64,000 nt of DNA from Planctomycetota bacterium (lineage in GTDB: Bacteria > Planctomycetota > UBA1135 > UBA2386), in contig OZ245006.1 in the NCBI GenBank assembly GCA_965223545.1, forward strand, positions 7,328,001-7,392,000, read 5' to 3'. Of this stretch, positions 58,612 through 64,000 are shown piece by piece; position 1 is the first letter of the stretch, and each line of letters opens with the position of its first letter. The translations under genes were made by a program, and so were the position numbers. Under the pieces are notes generated by a model that saw only the letters and a program-made list of their open reading frames with translations, did no database searches and was not told the origin of the DNA.

Positions 58612-58723
58612 GCGTGGCCGGCAGAGGATAGCAGCACGCCGGGTCGCAACGATCCGTGGTTTCCGCGTAACACCGTGGTGGCAAACGCGCCCATAAGGCC
58701 TGAGACCTCATGTGGAGCGCGCC

Positions 58724-59890
58724 ATGAGAACTGCTAGCCAAGTTCGTCAGATGCCACTTGCCCTGGTTCTCGCCAGTGCGCCCGTGGTGGCCCAGCAGAC
58801 TTGGGTCGTCGACGCGGCGGGCGGGCCGGGGGCCAACTTCACGGATGTCCCGCCGGCGGTGGCCGCGGCCGCGCCGGGGGACACGCTGCTGATTCGCAGC
58901 GGCACCTATACGCCCCCGATCGCCATCTCCAAGGGACTCACGCTTTCGCCCGAGAGCAGCGGTGATGTCGCGGTGTTCTCGCCGGCGACGCTCGACATCG
59001 CGGGCTTGCCGATGGGGCAGCGGTGCGCGCTCAAGTCGCTGCACGGCGTGGGCGGAAACCCGCTTCTGTTGCGCTGTGCAGACAATCTCGGTTCAGTACA
59101 CGTTGAAGACTTGCGGTGGTTCCGGCCGTGGATCAATCGCTGCAGTCAGGTGACGCTGGCCTCCTGCCGCGGTCCGACGGGCTACATCAAGGACAGCGTC
59201 GTGTCGATCAGCACCAGCGAGTTCATCGGTGGTGTGGGTGTCTACGGAATGGGAGCTAGCCCTGGGCTCTACATCGAGAATTCGCGCCTCACTCTGCAGG
59301 AGACGGATGCGCAGGGCGAAGACTGCATTTCCTACTGCTACTCCTACTGCTGCAGGGCCGCCCCGGGAGTGTTCCTGCGAAACAGCGAGGTCCTGCTCAT
59401 CGGGGGAGTCCTGCGCGGCGGAACCGCCTACCATCTTTTCTATGGTTCGTTTCGTACTTGGTCTGCAAACGGAACTGGCACGCTGACGAACTCCGGCGGT
59501 GCGTTGCCGGACGGGACCCTTGGCGTCCAGTTGCGCGCCGCGAGCGTTGCCAGTCTGAGTGCGCGCGTGGGGCGTCCGGCCGGCACCTTGACCACGACCT
59601 TGGCCGTTGCTCCGAACGCACCGGTCGCGTTGTTGGCGAGCTTGCCGCGCGCTGGAGGACCGATCCCGTTCGGGGCGGTGTCGGGGTGGCCCGGCGTCTG
59701 GATCGATGAGCTGGCTTTCCTCGTGCTGTTTCAGGGCATGGCGCCATCAGCTGGCCCGCTGACCCGAACGTATTCACTGTCGAAGCCACCGGAGATCTAC
59801 AACATCCCGCTCATGCTGCAGGCCGTCTACCTGGACCCCGGGGTGCAGCTCTCCAACGGAGTCGCGGTCGTGCTGGCGCCGGCGTCGTAG
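58724..59890 (+). CDS. Secreted protein, beta-helix-like N-terminus with conserved C-terminal domain
   Basis: Signal peptide; WVVDAAGGPGANFTDVPPAVAAAAPGDTLLIRSGTY. Confidence 0.8.
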   Translation: MRTASQVRQMPLALVLASAPVVAQQTWVVDAAGGPGANFTDVPPAVAAAAPGDTLLIRSGTYTPPIAISKGLTLSPESSGDVAVFSPATLDIAGLPMGQRCALKSLHGVGGNPLLLRCADNLGSVHVEDLRWFRPWINRCSQVTLASCRGPTGYIKDSVVSISTSEFIGGVGVYGMGASPGLYIENSRLTLQETDAQGEDCISYCYSYCCRAAPGVFLRNSEVLLIGGVLRGGTAYHLFYGSFRTWSANGTGTLTNSGGALPDGTLGVQLRAASVASLSARVGRPAGTLTTTLAVAPNAPVALLASLPRAGGPIPFGAVSGWPGVWIDELAFLVLFQGMAPSAGPLTRTYSLSKPPEIYNIPLMLQAVYLDPGVQLSNGVAVVLAPAS

Positions 59891-59921
59891 CGTGCAGAAG
59901 CGACCCTGCGCGCCCCGCGAA

Positions 59922-62090
59922 TCAGCTCATGCGCCAGTGGTGCAGGAAGTTGAGCAGGCTGCGCGTCGCCCACTCGCCCAGCGTCTCCGACGAGGCCGGA
60001 ATCCGCACGGTCGCGGTGAGGCCGCTGCCGACGTGCTCGAGCGGGGCATCGTCGGCGATCAAGAAGACGTGGAGGTAGGGCTGGGTTGCTTCGATCTCGC
60101 TGCCATCGGCGCGGGCGATGATCTCGCCGCCACCGGCCACGGTCAGCTCGATCGGCACGTGCCGGCGCGAGGCGGAGCGGCGGATCTCGCAGACCACCGC
60201 GCGCGTTGCGCGTCCCGGCGCACAGGTCCAGCGCAGCTGCACCTCGCTGCCGATGTCGAGCCGCGTGCGCGTGATCTGTTGGTCGGTGAGCACGATGCGC
60301 ACGAACCGGTGCTCGGAGTGCAGCTGCAGCAGCTCGTCGCCGCGGCGGACGAACTGTCCGGGCCGCAGACCGCGGCTGCCGACCACGGTGCCGTCGTCCG
60401 GCACGGTGACGCTCAACGCCGCCGCCTGGGCGTCCAGCTCGGCGACGCGTTTGCGCAGATAGTCGATGCGTGCCGCCGCCGAGGCCGCCAGGGTGGGCTC
60501 GGTCAGCTCGGTGGCGTCGAACTGCGCCTGCAGGGCGTCGAGCTCGCTCTGCGTGGTGATACGGCGCTCCTCGATGAGCGGGTCGCGCAGCTGACACACG
60601 ACGGCACCGCGGTCGACGTGGTCGCCATCGCGCACGTGCAGCGTCTCCAGATACGAGCTGTTGGGGGCGCGGATCGAACGCCGGACACCGGGGTCGAGCA
60701 CGCCTGGGGCGAACACCGCCCGCGACACCGGCGCCAGCGTCGCGGCCAGCAGGGCGACGACGACCGCGCCGACGGCGACGCAGCGCGCCCTCAGGCGCAC
60801 CGTCGCGGAGCGCTCGCCGCGCCATAGATAGGCAAACAGCCGCCACAGCGGCTGGCCGATCAGCAACCAGCCGAACGCGAGCCCGAGCATGACCCCGACC
60901 GCCGGCCATTGGGTCAGCATCAGGCCGGTGATCCAGAATGCGAGCAGGATGCGGTACGCCAGCGCGGCGGGGGCGTACAGCCAGATCAGCACGCGCTCGC
61001 TGCGCGTGTGCTCATCATCGGGCCGCGGCAGGCCGAGGAAGATCCACTCGGCGAGGCCGCGCAAGTAACGGGTCGCGCGTTCTTGCAGATTGACGGCGCC
61101 GAGCAGGTCGGACAGCACGTAGTAGCCGTCGAACTTGATCAGCGGATTGATGTTGATCAACACCGTGGTGGCGGTCGCCAGCACGACGACGTTGTGCGCG
61201 AACTCGTGCAGCAGGCCGTCGCCGGTGCCGGCCCAGATCAGCGCGAAGACCGCGGCCACCATCGACTCGACGTACATGCCGCCCATGCCGACCACGACGC
61301 GCGGCCAACGGCCGCTGAAGGTCCACGACGCGTTCGCGTCGACGTAGGCGCACGGCGTCAGCATGATGAACACCACGCCGAAGTCGGGCACCGTGCCGCC
61401 GTAGCGCTTGATGGCGTAGCCGTGGCCGAGCTCGTGCAGCGCCTTCAGACCGACCAGGGCGCACCACAGCAGGGGCAGGTTGTGCAGCGCCAGCAGGCCG
61501 GCGGCGTCGCCGTACAGCTCGCCGAGCCGTCCTCCGCACTGCCACAAGGCGGCCGCCAGCAGCGCCACCCACAGCAGGAAGCCAGAGCGCGTGAACAACC
61601 AGCGCACGAACGGCAGCGTGCGCTCGAGCCAGCGGTCCGGATCTCCCAGCGGCACCCGCCAGCTCAGCAGCGCGCGCAGCCGCGGGCCGCGGCGGGCCTG
61701 TTGCCGCTCCAGGTGCCGGGCCCAGATGCCGTCGACCGGCATGCCCGGCACGATGAGCAGCCCCATGCCGTGCAGGTTGGCGACGAAGCGGTAGTAGTCC
61801 TCGGTGTCGTCGGCGTCGAGCGTGCCGTTGGCGACCAACCGCTCCAGCAGCTCGCCGAGCGTCTGGTGGCTGACGATGCTGCACAAAATGCGATACTCGA
61901 GCGGCGACAGGATGTGGTTGCGAAAGCCGACCGGGTCGTGCAAGACGTAGCGCGGGCTCTGCCGGACGAACTGCCGGGTGACGACGAGATCGCGGCGCAC
62001 GCCGACGCGGACGTCGGCGAGCCGGCTCTCCAGGCTGTCGGCCCGCGGCGAGGGCGCGGGCCTCGCGGTCGTGTCGTTCGTGCCGGTCAC
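59922..62090 (-). CDS. Site-2 protease (M50)/HlyD-type adaptor fusion
   Basis: GTG 62090 overlaps the upstream stop; HELGH and NPLIKFDGY motifs; lipoyl-like and coiled-coil adaptor region. Confidence 0.9.
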   Translation of the reverse strand: MTGTNDTTARPAPSPRADSLESRLADVRVGVRRDLVVTRQFVRQSPRYVLHDPVGFRNHILSPLEYRILCSIVSHQTLGELLERLVANGTLDADDTEDYYRFVANLHGMGLLIVPGMPVDGIWARHLERQQARRGPRLRALLSWRVPLGDPDRWLERTLPFVRWLFTRSGFLLWVALLAAALWQCGGRLGELYGDAAGLLALHNLPLLWCALVGLKALHELGHGYAIKRYGGTVPDFGVVFIMLTPCAYVDANASWTFSGRWPRVVVGMGGMYVESMVAAVFALIWAGTGDGLLHEFAHNVVVLATATTVLININPLIKFDGYYVLSDLLGAVNLQERATRYLRGLAEWIFLGLPRPDDEHTRSERVLIWLYAPAALAYRILLAFWITGLMLTQWPAVGVMLGLAFGWLLIGQPLWRLFAYLWRGERSATVRLRARCVAVGAVVVALLAATLAPVSRAVFAPGVLDPGVRRSIRAPNSSYLETLHVRDGDHVDRGAVVCQLRDPLIEERRITTQSELDALQAQFDATELTEPTLAASAAARIDYLRKRVAELDAQAAALSVTVPDDGTVVGSRGLRPGQFVRRGDELLQLHSEHRFVRIVLTDQQITRTRLDIGSEVQLRWTCAPGRATRAVVCEIRRSASRRHVPIELTVAGGGEIIARADGSEIEATQPYLHVFLIADDAPLEHVGSGLTATVRIPASSETLGEWATRSLLNFLHHWRMS

Positions 62091-63922
62091 AGCCAGAAGT
62101 TGAGCCGAAGCCAATCGAGCAACCGGTGGCCCAGCACCCAGCCGGCGGCGCGGGGGCCGACCTCGAGAATGGCGAACCCCTCGAGGCCCGGTGGCAGGTC
62201 GGCGAGCGAACGGCTGGCCTCCGCCTCGCCCAAGAACACGTTCTTGCCGTCGTGCACCGAGCTCGCGGGTGCCAAGCGCAGTCCCTCGAGGTCGTGGACG
62301 ACATCGGGGGCGGCGGCGGCGACGAAGCTCGCGGCGCTGGCGCGGCGGGCGTCGATGACGACGCGTTCCGGCACGCGCAGCTCGATCCGGGCGCCGTCGA
62401 AGCGCGCGATCTCGAACAGCGCATCGCCCATCGCCAGCCGAGCGCCGAGCTTCTCGCGCAGCTCGCCGGAGACCACGATGCCGTCGCCGGTGGCGCGCAC
62501 CCGGGCTTGCTCGATGCGCCGCGCGACGATCTGCATCCGCGCCAGTACACCGCGCCGCTGCGCCTCCAGGACCTTGAGCGCGCCACTGTCGTGTTCGCCC
62601 AACGCCTGGTCGACCTGCGCCTGGAGGGAGGCGGCCTCGGCCTCGAGCTCGGCCAGGGCGAGCTGGTCGTCGTGACTGTCGAGCTCGGCCAAGAGTTGGC
62701 CCGAGTGCACCTGATCGCCGGGCCGGACGTAGAGCTCGGCGAGGATGCCGTCGCGCGGCGCCGACACGACGCGCACGCCGGCGGGGGCGACGGTCCCCGG
62801 CACGGTGACGCGGTATGTCATGGTGCCGAAGATCAGCCAGAGCAGGGTGGCAACCACGAGCGCCAGGCCGAGTGCGGTACGCTGCAGCCGGCTGCCGAGG
62901 CGAGCGAACGTCGCGTCGACCGAGTCCATGGCGTGGCGCCGGAGGCTGCGGGTCGCCAGCCGGGAGACCGGCAACAAGGAGGCGTACACCGAGATCTCCT
63001 GGGCGATCGCCGCCAGCAGCTGATCGCGCAGCCCGTCGGCCTCGGCGCTGGCGACGGCGACCACCGCGACGGTGCTGCCCTCGACCTCGAGCGGCACGGT
63101 GGCCACCGTGCCGCAGCCACGATGCCGGAGCCACGCGGCGTGCAGCCGGAACTCCTCGCTCGGCTTGCTGCCGCCGAGGCGGATCGGCTCGCCGAGGTCC
63201 AGGCACTCGGTCATCGCGTCGCGCAGCACGCGCACGCCGGGGTTGGAAGCGCGCAGATCGAGCTCGCCGTTGACCAGTGCGACCCGGACGCGGTGCTCCT
63301 CGACGACTCCGACCGCAACCTGTTCGAGGTGGTAGCGGCTGCTGACGTCGGCGACCAGCTGGAGCAGCAGGCGGAGGGGGTCGCCCATCGCGTTGTCGAG
63401 ACCGGTTGCGAGCGGCTGGATGCGACGGCTGCGCTCGGTGATCAGCAGCGCCAAGAAGCCGACCAGCGCCTCGACCTGCACCAACACCTCGTACGCATGC
63501 GCGCGCGAGCAGTCGCGGAACACGAAACCGGCGCAGCCGACCTGGTCGGCGTTGTCGCCGTAGATCACCGCCGCGACGACGGCGAAGTCGCCGACCTCGC
63601 CGGTCAGCCGAACGCACTGCGCCATGTCCGAAGCGCCGGCCTCGATCATCGCCCGGTTGACCTGGTCGCGGAGCGTCTCGCTCAAGTTGAGGTCGCGCCG
63701 GCACCATTCCTCCGACAGGGGCTGGGGGCCGCACCGCGCGTGCGTGACGACGTAGTCTGCCTCGAGCAGCGCGCCGATCTCTTCGAGGCTCTGCGCCAGG
63801 GCCCGGTGCAGAGGCTTGGCGACGAACAAGCTGCGCAGCTGGCACTGGAGCGCGGCCACGCTCACCCAGCGGGGTGGCGGCTCGTCCAGCACGAACAGTT
63901 CGTCGTCGCGCGTTTCCAGCAT
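62087..63922 (-). CDS. GAF-domain HlyD-family periplasmic adaptor
   Basis: GAF-like region (VATVPL...VAVV), TM helix, VSAPRDGILAELYVRPGDQVHSGQLL, GDALFEIA. Confidence 0.88.
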   Translation of the reverse strand: MLETRDDELFVLDEPPPRWVSVAALQCQLRSLFVAKPLHRALAQSLEEIGALLEADYVVTHARCGPQPLSEEWCRRDLNLSETLRDQVNRAMIEAGASDMAQCVRLTGEVGDFAVVAAVIYGDNADQVGCAGFVFRDCSRAHAYEVLVQVEALVGFLALLITERSRRIQPLATGLDNAMGDPLRLLLQLVADVSSRYHLEQVAVGVVEEHRVRVALVNGELDLRASNPGVRVLRDAMTECLDLGEPIRLGGSKPSEEFRLHAAWLRHRGCGTVATVPLEVEGSTVAVVAVASAEADGLRDQLLAAIAQEISVYASLLPVSRLATRSLRRHAMDSVDATFARLGSRLQRTALGLALVVATLLWLIFGTMTYRVTVPGTVAPAGVRVVSAPRDGILAELYVRPGDQVHSGQLLAELDSHDDQLALAELEAEAASLQAQVDQALGEHDSGALKVLEAQRRGVLARMQIVARRIEQARVRATGDGIVVSGELREKLGARLAMGDALFEIARFDGARIELRVPERVVIDARRASAASFVAAAAPDVVHDLEGLRLAPASSVHDGKNVFLGEAEASRSLADLPPGLEGFAILEVGPRAAGWVLGHRLLDWLRLNFWL

Positions 63923-63927
63923 CGCGC

Positions 63928-64000
63928 TCAGTCGGTGTCCGTCTCCGGTCGGCTGGACAGGAAGTAGAACCTGCCCTCGTAGTCGTCTTCGCTCAGCATC
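63928..64000 (-). CDS. 3' end of an upstream gene in the same operon (partial)
   Basis: ...MLSEDDYEGRFYFLSSRPETDTD* stops 5 nt before the next ATG. Confidence 0.4.
   Translation of the reverse strand, partial: MLSEDDYEGRFYFLSSRPETDTD

Noticed and set aside
62091..63845. N-terminal extension making a 1307-aa M50 protein
   Set aside because: Arg/Pro-rich off-frame overlap with the GAF-HlyD gene; GTG 62090 is the more plausible start.
1..64000. tRNA or rRNA genes
   Set aside because: None recognised by eye; a tRNAscan-SE or Infernal run would be needed to exclude them.

Overview
GC-rich bacterial window. The gene content points to Planctomycetota: ECF sigma factors fused to a TM helix and carboxypeptidase-regulatory-like domains, FG-GAP and ELWxxDGT beta-propellers, and a shared C-terminal domain on secreted proteins. 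This taxonomy is inferred. 1-7.9 kb is a decayed serine-recombinase integrative element carrying a large HigA-HTH/nuclease-like gene and an intact IS1634 (21-bp IRs, CTAG duplication). 8.9-20.6 kb is an uncharacterised co-oriented locus: ECF sigma factor, two secreted proteins built from regular T-x-C-P heptad repeats, a secreted protein, and two paralogous membrane proteins with DUF4350/GATase-like domains and possible exosortase-like segments. 20.7-31.6 kb holds an IS1/IS1595-like element that shares an end motif with a 96-bp repeat present in two copies, a TetR/amidohydrolase pair, a secreted hydrolase, a SIR2-like gene and a second ECF. 32-37.3 kb is a class IV lanthipeptide cluster with a 132-aa precursor (core CCCTGCCLTCIC). 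37.4-54 kb encodes surface repeat proteins and an AbgT transporter. 54-64 kb has a ThDP decarboxylase/ALDH pair (possible 2-oxoglutarate shunt), a GT-C-like protein and part of an M50/HlyD export operon. All calls are by eye; no searches were run.
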